From positions 76,814 to 140,813 of the forward strand of contig JAILCQ010000009.1 of NCBI GenBank assembly GCA_024679955.1: DNA of 64,000 nt. The letters run 5' to 3'. Positions within the stretch are counted from its first letter, which is position 1, and each line of letters opens with the position of its first letter. The DNA comes from Bacillota bacterium. Its GTDB lineage: Bacteria; Bacillota; Dehalobacteriia; UBA4068. Under the pieces are notes generated by a model that saw only the letters and a list, made by a program, of their open reading frames with translations, was not told the DNA's origin and did no database searches. Positions 18,960-28,406 of the stretch are shown here, in pieces. The position numbers and the translations under genes are program-made.

Positions 18960-19628
18960 ATGGCGAGAAACGTGCAGATGTTGACCGATTTTACGATGCA
19001 TATAGATGAAGCCGCTTTTCTGACGGAGATGAAGGTCAAGCCCGGCAGCCGGCGGGAGCAAATGTGTTTGCATTTGATCGAAAAAATCAATGCTTTGCTC
19101 AAACCCAAGGCCGGTTTTTGCGAAGCCGTGGTGGAAGAATTGGACGAAAGCGGCATGACGGTGGACGGCGTTCGCTTCACCGGCACCCTGTTTGCCGACC
19201 GACTGAAGGTGGGGCAAAAGCTCTATCCGTTCTTATGCAGCTGCGGCAAGGAAGCCGGCGATCTGGAATATACCGTTTGGGGCGACGTATTGCAGCAATA
19301 TTGGGCGGATGTATTGATGGAAAAATCCCTGCGTTGTATCGGCCAGGCTTTGGAAGAACGCGTGTCCGCCTATATACAGGGGGAATTTATCGCGCGCTTC
19401 AACCCCGGTTCCTTACCGGCCTGGCCCCTGATGGAACAGCGGCCTTTGTTCCAGCTGTTGGGGGAGATCGTTCCGGCTGTGGGCGTGGAACTGACGGATC
19501 ATTTCATCATGCTGCCCCAAAAGTCGGTGTCCGGCTTCTATTTCAGCTCGGAGCAGGAGTATCACAACTGCTCTTTGTGCCCCCGTTTGCATTGCCCCAC
19601 CCGGCAGACGGAATTTATCGGCGGATAA
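18960..19628 (+). CDS. vitamin-B12-dependent methionine synthase activation-domain (Met_synt_B12) protein
   Basis: C-terminal region NPGSLPAWPLMEQRPLFQLL..VELTDHFIMLPQKSVSGFYFSSEQEY matches MetH reactivation-domain motifs (GYPACPD..LTESFAMWPGASVSGWYFSHP). AAGGAGG RBS. Confidence 0.7.
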   Translation: MARNVQMLTDFTMHIDEAAFLTEMKVKPGSRREQMCLHLIEKINALLKPKAGFCEAVVEELDESGMTVDGVRFTGTLFADRLKVGQKLYPFLCSCGKEAGDLEYTVWGDVLQQYWADVLMEKSLRCIGQALEERVSAYIQGEFIARFNPGSLPAWPLMEQRPLFQLLGEIVPAVGVELTDHFIMLPQKSVSGFYFSSEQEYHNCSLCPRLHCPTRQTEFIGG

Positions 19629-19695
19629 CAGCGCCGCTGTAAACCCTTGTCCGCCGGCGCTTTGCCGGCTAACCGACAGCGATAAGGAGATACGA

Positions 19696-20823
19696 ATGCG
19701 TTTATGTTCTTTGCCCAGCCCCTGCTATATCATTGATAAGGCGGCGCTGACCGGCAATTTGCAGCTTTTGCATCAGGTGATGCAGGCCAGCGGCTGCAAG
19801 ATACTCCTGGCGCAAAAGGCTTTCGCGGCCTATGCCCTGTATCCTTTGATCGGCTCCTATTTAAGCGGCGCGGCCGCCAGCGGCCTCTTCGAGGCCCGTT
19901 TGAGCCGGGAAGAAATGGGCAAGGAGACCCATGTCTTTTCTCCGGCCTTTCGTGAGGATGAGATCGGGGAGATTCTGGGCTATGCCGATCATATCGTTTT
20001 CAATTCCCTGGATCAATGGCGCCGCTTCGGCGCTTTGACGGTGGAGGCCGGGGTGGAAGCGGGCCTGCGCATCAATCCTGAATGCTCTACCCAAAGCGGC
20101 CCCGCCATTTACGATCCCTGCGCCCCCGGCTCCCGCCTGGGCATTGTGACCGGCGCTATGCCCGACCGCTTGCCGGCGGGCGTCAGCGGCCTGCATTTTC
20201 ATACCCTGTGCGAGCAAAACGCCGACGCCTTATCCGTTACCATGGCGGCGGTGGAAGAAAAATTCGCCCGGCAGCTGCGGCAGATCTCCTGGCTGAATAT
20301 GGGCGGCGGCCATCATATCACCCGGGCCGGTTATGATTTGGATCAATTATACCGTTTGCTGCGCCGGGTGCGCGAAGACTACGGTTTGCAGATCTATCTG
20401 GAACCGGGGGAAGCGGTGGCCCTGAACGCGGGGTATTTGTACTGCACCGTTTTGGATATCGTGGAAAACCGGGGACAGATCGCTATTCTGGACGCTTCCG
20501 CCGCCTGTCATATGCCGGATGTGCTGGAAATGCCTTACCGTCCGCCCTTGCTGGACGCCGCTATGCCGGGGGAAAAGCCCTATACCTACCGTCTGGCCGG
20601 GCCCACCTGTTTGGCCGGGGACGTGATCGGCGAGTATTCTTTCGACCGGCCTTTGCGGCCCGGCAGCGCCTTGCTCTTTGCCGATATGGCGATTTATACC
20701 ATGGTAAAAAACAATACCTTCAACGGCATGGCCCTGCCGGCCATCGCTATAAAAGAAGGCGACGACGACTACAGCCTGTTGAAAACCTTTGCTTATGAGG
20801 ATTTTAAGGGCCGTTTATGCTGA
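19696..20823 (+). CDS. nspC: carboxynorspermidine/carboxyspermidine decarboxylase
   Basis: 375 aa with YIIDKAAL near the N-terminus and overall CANSDC architecture. Confidence 0.8.
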   Translation: MRLCSLPSPCYIIDKAALTGNLQLLHQVMQASGCKILLAQKAFAAYALYPLIGSYLSGAAASGLFEARLSREEMGKETHVFSPAFREDEIGEILGYADHIVFNSLDQWRRFGALTVEAGVEAGLRINPECSTQSGPAIYDPCAPGSRLGIVTGAMPDRLPAGVSGLHFHTLCEQNADALSVTMAAVEEKFARQLRQISWLNMGGGHHITRAGYDLDQLYRLLRRVREDYGLQIYLEPGEAVALNAGYLYCTVLDIVENRGQIAILDASAACHMPDVLEMPYRPPLLDAAMPGEKPYTYRLAGPTCLAGDVIGEYSFDRPLRPGSALLFADMAIYTMVKNNTFNGMALPAIAIKEGDDDYSLLKTFAYEDFKGRLC

Positions 20824-20841
20824 AAACGGTTGCGCCGGCCT

Positions 20842-21966
20842 TCATCGGTTGGCGGCCTCTTGATAGTATAGCGGATAAGTGGCCAAAATTTGGCCGTCTG
20901 CCGTTTTTATTTGGAAAAAACCGCCGTGCTCTCCGGCTTGGGCAGTTTGCCAAGGGTTAAATTGCCAGGAGAGAACGGCGTTTTTTCTTTCTTCCGGGGC
21001 GGTCAACAGCCAGCAATCCGCGTGCACGCTTACGCTTTGCCAGGAGCCGCCGTCCAAAGGCAGCAGGGCCACGGTTTCGCCGGCGGCGAACAGCCGGCCC
21101 AGTTGATAATGACCTGCGCCGTAATCCAGCAAAGCCAGGCTTTCGCCGTAACGGTCGGGGCTGTGCAGCACCACGCTGATGAAATGGGCCCGGCCCTGGC
21201 GGCGGGAAGCGATCAGGCAACTGCCGGCCGCCTCCGTGGTGCCGGTTTTTACGCCGTCCACCCGATCGTCCTGCCATAAAAGCTTGTTGGTGTTCCGCAA
21301 ACGGCGAAAACTGCCGCCGCTGCCGATATCCCGGTATTTGCTGGAGACGATTTGGGCGAAGGTTTCGTTTTGCAAGGCATAGGCGGCGATCTTGGCCAAA
21401 GCGGCGGCGCTGATCAGATGATTTTCTGCCGGCAAGCCGTTGCTGTTGGCCAGATGAGCGTTATATATGCCCAGCGTTTTCGCTTTGACGTTCAGCCAAT
21501 CGATAAACAGCGATTCCCGGCCGGCGGTATGCTCCGCCAAAGCCACGCAGGCGTCGTTGCCCGAACGCATCAACGCGCCCGCCAGCAGTTCTTCCACCTG
21601 CAGCCGTTCGCCCTGGCGCAAATGGATGCTGGATTCTCCCACGGCCGCCGCCTTGGCGCTGACCCGGGCGGTTTCCCGAATGTCCGCCGTGTCCAGCACG
21701 GTGACGGCGGTCAGTATTTTGCTGGTGGAGGCGGGGGGCAAAGGCGCATCCGGCTGCCGGCCCCACAGCAAGCGGCCGCTGGTGGCTTCCCAAAGCACGG
21801 CGGCGCCGGCGGCGATGTTTTCCGGCGCGATTACCGCTTGGGCGTCGTATAGCGGCGGCATACCCGCCTCCGGCTCCGTTCCCCAGGCTGCAGACGGCAG
21901 AAAGCATAGCAGCAGCGGGAACAGCACGGACAGAGCGCTAATCGATATTCTGCGAAACCGTGCCAA
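20842..21966 (-). CDS. D-alanyl-D-alanine carboxypeptidase (serine-type PBP5/DacF-like)
   Basis: Signal peptide, then the STSK, SGN and KTG motifs. Confidence 0.85.
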   Translation of the reverse strand: MARFRRISISALSVLFPLLLCFLPSAAWGTEPEAGMPPLYDAQAVIAPENIAAGAAVLWEATSGRLLWGRQPDAPLPPASTSKILTAVTVLDTADIRETARVSAKAAAVGESSIHLRQGERLQVEELLAGALMRSGNDACVALAEHTAGRESLFIDWLNVKAKTLGIYNAHLANSNGLPAENHLISAAALAKIAAYALQNETFAQIVSSKYRDIGSGGSFRRLRNTNKLLWQDDRVDGVKTGTTEAAGSCLIASRRQGRAHFISVVLHSPDRYGESLALLDYGAGHYQLGRLFAAGETVALLPLDGGSWQSVSVHADCWLLTAPEERKNAVLSWQFNPWQTAQAGEHGGFFQIKTADGQILATYPLYYQEAANR

Positions 21967-22633
21967 AATCCCACCCCTTTTCCCGTACCATGGCGATGAT
22001 TTGCGGCAAAGCGGCCACGGTAACCGCCGTAGGGTGAGCGAGAATGATGGAGCCAGCCGTCAATTTGCTCTCTACGCGATCCAAAAGGGTCTGCCGGTCT
22101 GGATTTTGCCAATCGATGGTATCCACGCTCCACAGTATGGTGCGATAGCCGCATCGGTCCGCCGCTTCGATCACATGGGGCTCCGATTCGCCGGAGGGCG
22201 GCGCATATAAGGCGGTACGATAGCCGGTAGCGTCAAAAATCGCTTGTTCCGCCTGTTTGATTTCTTTCATGATCTCTTCCTTGCCGCAGGCGTTGGGACT
22301 GTTATGGTGATAGCCGTGATTGCCCAGCTCATGGCCGCCTTCGGCGATTTGCCGGGCCAGCTTTGGGTTTTCCGCAGCCCATCTGCCGGTCAGGAAAAAG
22401 GTGGCTTTTACCTGTTGCTCGTCAAGGATGCGCAAAAGCTCCGGCAGGTATTCATTGCCCCAATCCACGTTTACGGTCAAGGTCACCAGGCTTTTTTCCG
22501 GTATGCCGGCATGATAAGGGGCCAGGGCGGTTTGGGCCTGCCGGTTTGTTTCCACGGCGACTGCCAGGCAAACTGCCGCCAGCAATACGCACAGGTAGAG
22601 ATATTTCTTTTTCACATATATGGCTCGCATAGC
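21938..22633 (-). CDS. polysaccharide deacetylase, sporulation PdaB-like
   Basis: NodB domain with a signal/TM segment. Start chosen at MRAIYV, preceded by GGAGG. Confidence 0.75.
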   Translation of the reverse strand, partial: AMRAIYVKKKYLYLCVLLAAVCLAVAVETNRQAQTALAPYHAGIPEKSLVTLTVNVDWGNEYLPELLRILDEQQVKATFFLTGRWAAENPKLARQIAEGGHELGNHGYHHNSPNACGKEEIMKEIKQAEQAIFDATGYRTALYAPPSGESEPHVIEAADRCGYRTILWSVDTIDWQNPDRQTLLDRVESKLTAGSIILAHPTAVTVAALPQIIAMVREKGWDFGTVSQNID

Positions 22634-22745
22634 AAAACCTCCTTTTCGTCCCATATATATGAACGAAGCAAGGAGGCTATTCCCAGAGTAGGCAGATTTT
22701 CCCGCCCCCAAACGGCCCGGCCCGAGAGGCGGCGTCGCTCGGGAT

Positions 22746-23480
22746 TCAGGATTCGTACAGGTCCACCGTGGCTTTCAGCCGTCCCCGTTTGCTCATACCT
22801 TCCTGGCCCAGAAAGCGAAAACGGCCATAGCCGCGAACGGAAACGATTTGCTGCGGTTTGGGCATATAGTCGGGCTTGCCGCAGGGCATGCTGTTGACGA
22901 AAACCTGCTCTTTCAGGCATAAGCGGCGACTGTCTTCCCGGGCGATATGATATACGGCGGCGATCAGCCCATCCAGGCGCAGGGAGGATACGGAAACGGA
23001 GATCGTGCGCAGCCGGGGCAGGGCATAGGCGGGCAGATCGTTTCTTTGTTCCACAAAAACCGAAGTCCGGTTGACTTGCTGCAGACTTTCCGCAATATAA
23101 CCGGCCACGCTGTGGAGGCAGACGCAAAAAGCCTGATCTTCGCCGGGCAGGATATCCCCCAAAACCTGGCGCTTGACGCCCAAAGCCAGCAAAGCGCCCA
23201 GATAATCCCGATGGGTCAGGGCTTGGGCAAACTTGGCGTTGCGGGGGCGGATGCACAAATAACAGATGGGCGGCGGCGCTTCCGGCCCAAAGCAAAGGAT
23301 TTTTCTTTCCGCTTCCGGAAAGCCGCCCCAGGCCCGGTAAGCCTGAGCCGGCAGTATCCTGGCGGCGATATCCTGCTCCGCCAAAGTCAAAAACGGGGTA
23401 AAGAACGCCCTGTCCAGCGTTTCCGCCTTATTGGCCAATTCCAGCAGACGTTTTTGCAGCAACAGCGTTTCTTCCGGCAT
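22746..23480 (-). CDS. ylmH: YlmH-like S4-domain RNA-binding protein
   Basis: 244 aa with a C-terminal S4 domain and YlmH family architecture. Confidence 0.7.
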   Translation of the reverse strand: MPEETLLLQKRLLELANKAETLDRAFFTPFLTLAEQDIAARILPAQAYRAWGGFPEAERKILCFGPEAPPPICYLCIRPRNAKFAQALTHRDYLGALLALGVKRQVLGDILPGEDQAFCVCLHSVAGYIAESLQQVNRTSVFVEQRNDLPAYALPRLRTISVSVSSLRLDGLIAAVYHIAREDSRRLCLKEQVFVNSMPCGKPDYMPKPQQIVSVRGYGRFRFLGQEGMSKRGRLKATVDLYES

Positions 23481-23705
23481 AAGCGGCCTTCCTCCCGGCG
23501 CGAAATATTGGTATACTAATATTTCGCCTGCCGCCGGGCAAACCCTGTCTCATATCGCAAGGGCGGGATGTATCTTCGGCAAAGGCTGGAAAAAAAATGC
23601 TCTTTGGTATATAATAAATCAATGAAAACATACCGATAGAAAAACACGCCGCCCTAACGGCAAAGGTATCCCAAGAGTTGGGATTCTGTAAATCAAGGAG
23701 GCTAT

Positions 23706-26081
23706 ATGAGCGAAAAGAAAAAAAATCGCCAAATCGACGACGGGCTGTTGGCGAAAATGGACGCCTATTGGCGCGCCGCCAATTATTTATCTTTGGGCCA
23801 ACTGTATCTGATGGACAATCCTTTGTTGAAGGAACCGTTGGCTTGGGAGCATATCAAACCTACCGTAGTTGGCCATTGGGGCACCGCGCCCGGACAGAAT
23901 TTTATCTATGTCCATTTGAATCGAGTGATCAAACAGTACGATTTGGATATGATCTATATATCCGGCCCGGGCCACGGCGGCCAAGCCATGGTTTCCAATA
24001 CCTGGCTGGAAGGCTCCTATTCCCAGGTGTATCCCAATATCAGCCAGGACGAGGCGGGGATGAAAAGGCTGTTCAAGCAGTTCTCTTTCCCCGGCGGCAT
24101 TTCCAGCCATGTGGCCCCGGAAACCCCCGGTTCCATCAATGAAGGCGGGGAATTGGGCTATTCGCTGGCCCATGCTTTCGGCGCGGTGCTGGACAATCCG
24201 GATCTGATCGCCGCCTGTGTGGTAGGGGATGGGGAAGCGGAAACCGGTCCCTTGGCCACAGCCTGGCATGGCAATAAGTTTTTGGATCCCCGCAGCGACG
24301 GGGCTGTTTTGCCCATCCTGCATCTGAACGGCTATAAAATCGCCAATCCCACCGTTTTGGCGCGGATCCCGGAGGAGGAATTGGAGCAGTTCTTCTACGG
24401 TTGCGGTTGGCGTCCCTATTTTGTCAGCGGCAGCGATCCGATGGAAATGCACCGGCAGATGGCGGAAACCCTGGATGCGGTGATCGGCGAGATCCTGCAG
24501 ATCCGCCGCAACGCCCGGGAAAACGGGGATTCCGGCCGTCCCCGCTGGCCGCTGATCGTCTTCCGTTCGCCCAAGGGCTGGACCGGGCCGAAAGAGGTCA
24601 ACGGCCTGCCCAATGAAGGCAGCTTCCGTTCCCATCAGGTGCCCCTGGCGGTGAACCGGGATCATCCGCAAAATCTGATTTTACTGGAACAGTGGCTGAA
24701 AAGCTACCGGCCGCAAGAATTGTTCACCGAGGAAGGCCGGCTGAAACCGGAATTGGCGGAGCTGGCGCCGGAGGGGGAGCGGCGCATGGGCGCCAATCCC
24801 CATGCCAACGGCGGCGAATTGCTGCGAAATTTGAAAACCCCGGATTACCGGCAATACGCATTGCCTTTGGAAAAACCGGGGGCTACGGAAGCGCAGGATA
24901 TGACGGTTTTGGGCGGCTATATGCGGGATCTGGTACGGGAAAATCCCTCGACCTTCCGCCTGTTTGCCCCGGATGAAACCGTATCCAATCGCCTGGGAGC
25001 GGTGTTCGAAGTGACCGACCGCAAATGGAACGGCCAAACCCTGGCGGAAGACGATCATCTGGCTCCTGCCGGGCGGATCATGGATTCCATGCTTTCCGAG
25101 CATGTATGCCAGGGTATGCTGGAAGGCTATTTGCTGACCGGACGGCACGGCGTGTTCAGCAGCTACGAGGCCTTCATCCGCATTGTGGATTCCATGTTCA
25201 GCCAACATGCCAAATGGCTGAAAGTGACGGCCCAATTGCCCTGGCGGGAGGATATCGCCTCTTTGAATTATCTGCTGTCCTCTCATTGCTGGCAGCAGGA
25301 TCATAACGGCTTTACCCATCAGGACCCAGGCTTTTTGGATCATGTGGCCAATAAAAAAGCGGACGTGATCCGCTTGTACCTGCCGCCGGACGCCAATTGC
25401 CTGCTTTCGGTGTTTGACCATTGCATCAAAAGCCGCAATTATGTCAATGTGGTGGTGGCTTCCAAGCATCCCCGTCCTCAGTGGTTGACTATGGAGCAGG
25501 CCATCATCCATTGCACCCAGGGCATCGGTATCTGGCAATGGGCCGGCAACGACCAGGGCCAGGAACCGGATATCGTCATGGCCTGCTGCGGCGATACGCC
25601 CACGCTGGAAACATTGGCGGCGACCACCATTTTGCATGAGCATTTTCCGGAGATCAAGATCCGCGTGGTCAATGTGGTGGATCTGATGCGCCTGCAGGCG
25701 GATACGGTACATCCCCACGGCCTGTCCGAGATCGATTACGAGTCCCTGTTTACCGGGGATAAGCCGGTGATCTTCGCTTTCCACGGTTATCCTTCTCTGA
25801 TCCATGAGCTTACCTATCATCGCCGCAACAAACCCGCCCAGGTACATGGCTATATCGAAGAAGGAACCATCACCACGCCTTTCGACATGCGGGTGCAGAA
25901 CGGTTTGGATCGCTTCCATCTGACGCTGTCCGCCCTGGATCATTTGCCGCGGCTGGGCAATCGCAGCGGCTATTTGCGGCAGCTGATGCGGGATAAACTG
26001 GTGGAACACAAGCAGTATATTGCCGATTATGGCCAGGACTTGCCGGAAATCCGCAATTGGCGGTGGAAACCCCTGGAATAA
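23706..26081 (+). CDS. xfp: xylulose-5-phosphate/fructose-6-phosphate phosphoketolase
   Basis: 791 aa with TPP-binding motifs ([16 protein letters not shown]) and strong family match. Confidence 0.95.
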   Translation: MSEKKKNRQIDDGLLAKMDAYWRAANYLSLGQLYLMDNPLLKEPLAWEHIKPTVVGHWGTAPGQNFIYVHLNRVIKQYDLDMIYISGPGHGGQAMVSNTWLEGSYSQVYPNISQDEAGMKRLFKQFSFPGGISSHVAPETPGSINEGGELGYSLAHAFGAVLDNPDLIAACVVGDGEAETGPLATAWHGNKFLDPRSDGAVLPILHLNGYKIANPTVLARIPEEELEQFFYGCGWRPYFVSGSDPMEMHRQMAETLDAVIGEILQIRRNARENGDSGRPRWPLIVFRSPKGWTGPKEVNGLPNEGSFRSHQVPLAVNRDHPQNLILLEQWLKSYRPQELFTEEGRLKPELAELAPEGERRMGANPHANGGELLRNLKTPDYRQYALPLEKPGATEAQDMTVLGGYMRDLVRENPSTFRLFAPDETVSNRLGAVFEVTDRKWNGQTLAEDDHLAPAGRIMDSMLSEHVCQGMLEGYLLTGRHGVFSSYEAFIRIVDSMFSQHAKWLKVTAQLPWREDIASLNYLLSSHCWQQDHNGFTHQDPGFLDHVANKKADVIRLYLPPDANCLLSVFDHCIKSRNYVNVVVASKHPRPQWLTMEQAIIHCTQGIGIWQWAGNDQGQEPDIVMACCGDTPTLETLAATTILHEHFPEIKIRVVNVVDLMRLQADTVHPHGLSEIDYESLFTGDKPVIFAFHGYPSLIHELTYHRRNKPAQVHGYIEEGTITTPFDMRVQNGLDRFHLTLSALDHLPRLGNRSGYLRQLMRDKLVEHKQYIADYGQDLPEIRNWRWKPLE

Positions 26082-26101
26082 TCAGATAACAGCTTCATAG
26101 A

Positions 26102-26142
26102 AAAGCTCGCGCCGGACAAAAGGGCAGGCGCGAGCTTTTTGT
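26102..26142 (+). terminator. rho-independent terminator of xfp
   Basis: aagctcgcgcc-loop-ggcgcgagctt followed by TTTT. Confidence 0.8.
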
Positions 26143-26329
26143 CTATATCATCCTGATATGTATATAGAACGGATGGTTATTAGAGTTATGCTTATGCTTA
26201 CACGATTTTTCTTTTACCAGCCATTTTCCGAATTATAATATTATTTTGCGACAATTTACACAATGTATGTAAAGCTTTTAGCTGAGAAGATAGTAAAAAC
26301 AGCTTTTCCGGTATTTTTTTATACTATTT

Positions 26330-26338
26330 TTATCCACA
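26330..26338 (+). promoter_or_regulatory. consensus DnaA box TTATCCACA
   Basis: Exact 9-mer in the AT-rich intergenic island. Confidence 0.5.
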
Positions 26339-26416
26339 TTTGTACCGTTGATTTCTGAACCTACTTTAGCAGGTGTTTTTCTAAGAATAAAAAAAATAGG
26401 CAAACATATACACAAG

Positions 26417-26425
26417 TTATCCACA
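26417..26425 (+). promoter_or_regulatory. consensus DnaA box TTATCCACA
   Basis: Second exact 9-mer, 87 bp from the first and in the same orientation. Confidence 0.5.
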
Positions 26426-26689
26426 AATTCTTTGCATATGTTTGCATAATTATTCTATGATGTGTTTCGACTTTGTTTTTGCGCGAATTCGGGCGGAGAA
26501 AGAGAGTTCGACGTTCGATTTTTTTATTTTGTATTGTTTCGCTGTCTGTGGGCTTTCTTTTTAAGTCTGCAAAAAAGCGAAAGCGGCCGGCCTTCCGCCG
26601 GCCGCCATATGTCCTGCAAGGAAACCCCATTTGCCTGACGGCGCATGCCGCGGAAAACCCCGAAAACGGCGGATATACCGACGCAAGCA

Positions 26690-26728
26690 GGAAAAACCGG
26701 GCTTTGCCGTTTGTTTTTGCCGGCAAAG
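26690..26728 (-). terminator. rho-independent terminator of yqeK-rsfS
   Basis: ctttgccg-loop-cggcaaag stem followed on the minus strand by ccggttttt. A second GC hairpin (gcggccggc..gccggccgc plus T-run) lies at 26570-26605. Confidence 0.6.
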
Positions 26729-26760
26729 GGCCAAAGCAGCGGGGTTTTTCGCCGGGGCGG

Positions 26761-27723
26761 TTATTCGTATTGCTGCGCCGGCGCGTCGGCCCAAAGCTTT
26801 TCCAGATTATAGTATTGCCGTTCGTCCTGAAGGAAGATATGCACCACCAAAGAACCGAAATCCAGCAATATCCAGCGGCTGTCCCGGTAGCCTTCCATGC
26901 GCAGCAGGGCGGCGCCGGCTTCTTTCAGTTTTTCGCAAATATGGTCGGCAGTGGCCTGGGCCAGCCGGTTGTTGTTGACGCTCATGATCAGAAAATAATC
27001 GGCTATGGTGGTGATGCCTTTCAATTCCAGGCTGAGCAGGTCCGCCGCTTTTTTCTCCTGTGCCGCCCGTACGGCCAGTTGCAGCATGGTTTCCGAGGAT
27101 AATGTTTGCTCCATATCGTTTCCTCCGTTATATTTTTCCTTCAGCGTTTGATAGGTCTGTAAGGCCATCGGGTGGCAAGGCTCCTGTTTGCCGGCCAGAT
27201 AGCTGAACGTATAGGCCAACGCGGCCAAAATGGCTCGATCCAAATCGATATAGGCCTGGTCGCGCAGTTGTTCCAAACCGGGCCAGCTTTGCCGCAAGGG
27301 TTCGATGATGTCGGCCAGGAAAATGATTTTGGCCAAAAGGCTCATCTGCGGGTGGCCTACGGTGTGATATTTTACCGCCTCCAGGATCTCCGCATCCGTT
27401 ACGCCCCATTCCTGCTCCAAAATGGCCGCGCCTACCGGCGCGTGCAGCAACGGGTCATGCCGGTTTTGCCATTCATCCAGCTCAAGATGCAGCTCTGCCG
27501 CTTTTTGCCGCAATTGCGCCGGGGTATAACAACGCCCCACGTCATGGATCAAACCGGCCAGATAGGCTTTTTCTTTGGGGACTTGCCAGCGTTCGGCCAG
27601 GGCGGCCGCGGTTTGCGCCACGGACAGGCTGTGCTGGAAACGGCGGGGAGACAGGTCCCGGGCCAGTTTTTGGCGGTAGGCGTCGATTTGTTCGCTGCTG
27701 TTCATGATATCGTCCTTGTACAT
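26761..27723 (-). CDS. rsfS: YqeK (HD-domain Ap4A hydrolase) fused in-frame to ribosome silencing factor RsfS
   Basis: 320-aa ORF. Residues 1-205 form a YqeK HD domain. From MEQTLSSE onward the sequence is near-identical in pattern to B. subtilis RsfS (KGITTIADYF, RMEGY, YYNLEKLWADAP). An internal GGAGGA RBS lies 6 nt before the MEQT ATG. Confidence 0.8.
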   Translation of the reverse strand: MYKDDIMNSSEQIDAYRQKLARDLSPRRFQHSLSVAQTAAALAERWQVPKEKAYLAGLIHDVGRCYTPAQLRQKAAELHLELDEWQNRHDPLLHAPVGAAILEQEWGVTDAEILEAVKYHTVGHPQMSLLAKIIFLADIIEPLRQSWPGLEQLRDQAYIDLDRAILAALAYTFSYLAGKQEPCHPMALQTYQTLKEKYNGGNDMEQTLSSETMLQLAVRAAQEKKAADLLSLELKGITTIADYFLIMSVNNNRLAQATADHICEKLKEAGAALLRMEGYRDSRWILLDFGSLVVHIFLQDERQYYNLEKLWADAPAQQYE

Positions 27724-27747
27724 AATCCCAATCAGACAGAAATGGGT

Positions 27748-28395
27748 TCAATCCACAGTTGCCGGTGGCATATCTTCCGCCCTGTGCTGGTACAGGCCGT
27801 GGCTCTGTATATAGGTCAACACAGGCTTGGGCGTCCATTGGCTGACGTCCCGGCCGGCGGCGATGCTTTCGCGTATCTCCGTGGAGGAAATGGCGATGGG
27901 CGATATGCAGATGGGAATGATCCTTTCCCGCTGCCGCCGGGGAAGCGCCTCCAGCTTCGCCAGGTCGAAGCCTGGGCGGGATATGGCGATGAAATGGCAC
28001 ATTTCTGTTAGGATATCCCCGTTTTTCCAGGTGTGGATATCCAAAATGGCGTCGGCGCCGGTGATGAAAAACAGCTCGGTTTGGGGATAATGGTTCCGAA
28101 AATAAGTCAGCGTATCGAAAGTATAGGAATAGCCCACTCTGGCCGATTCCAAATCGGAAACCTGAAACAAAGGGTTGTCCCCGGTGGCCAATAAGGTCAT
28201 CTCGTAGCGGTTTCCGGCGGGAGCGGTCAAGCCTATGGGCTTATGGGGCGGATTGCCGGTAGGGATAAAAATCACCTGCGACAGGGAACAATGTCTGGCC
28301 GCCGCCTGGGCCGCCAGCAAATGTCCATAGTGGATCGGATCGAAAGAACCGCCCATCAGCCCCCAGCGGGGACGGGTTTTTTTTTGTTTTTTCAT
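27748..28395 (-). CDS. nadD: nicotinate-nucleotide adenylyltransferase
   Basis: GGSFDPIHYGH (H/T)xGH motif, 215 aa. Confidence 0.9.
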   Translation of the reverse strand: MKKQKKTRPRWGLMGGSFDPIHYGHLLAAQAAARHCSLSQVIFIPTGNPPHKPIGLTAPAGNRYEMTLLATGDNPLFQVSDLESARVGYSYTFDTLTYFRNHYPQTELFFITGADAILDIHTWKNGDILTEMCHFIAISRPGFDLAKLEALPRRQRERIIPICISPIAISSTEIRESIAAGRDVSQWTPKPVLTYIQSHGLYQHRAEDMPPATVD

Positions 28396-28406
28396 GGCTC
28401 TTCCTG

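Noticed and set aside
26361-27102. ORFs 26361-26726 (-) and 26473-27102 (+) in or near the AT-rich island
   Set aside because: Both have low-complexity translations and no RBS. The second is antisense to rsfS. I treat the region as non-coding.
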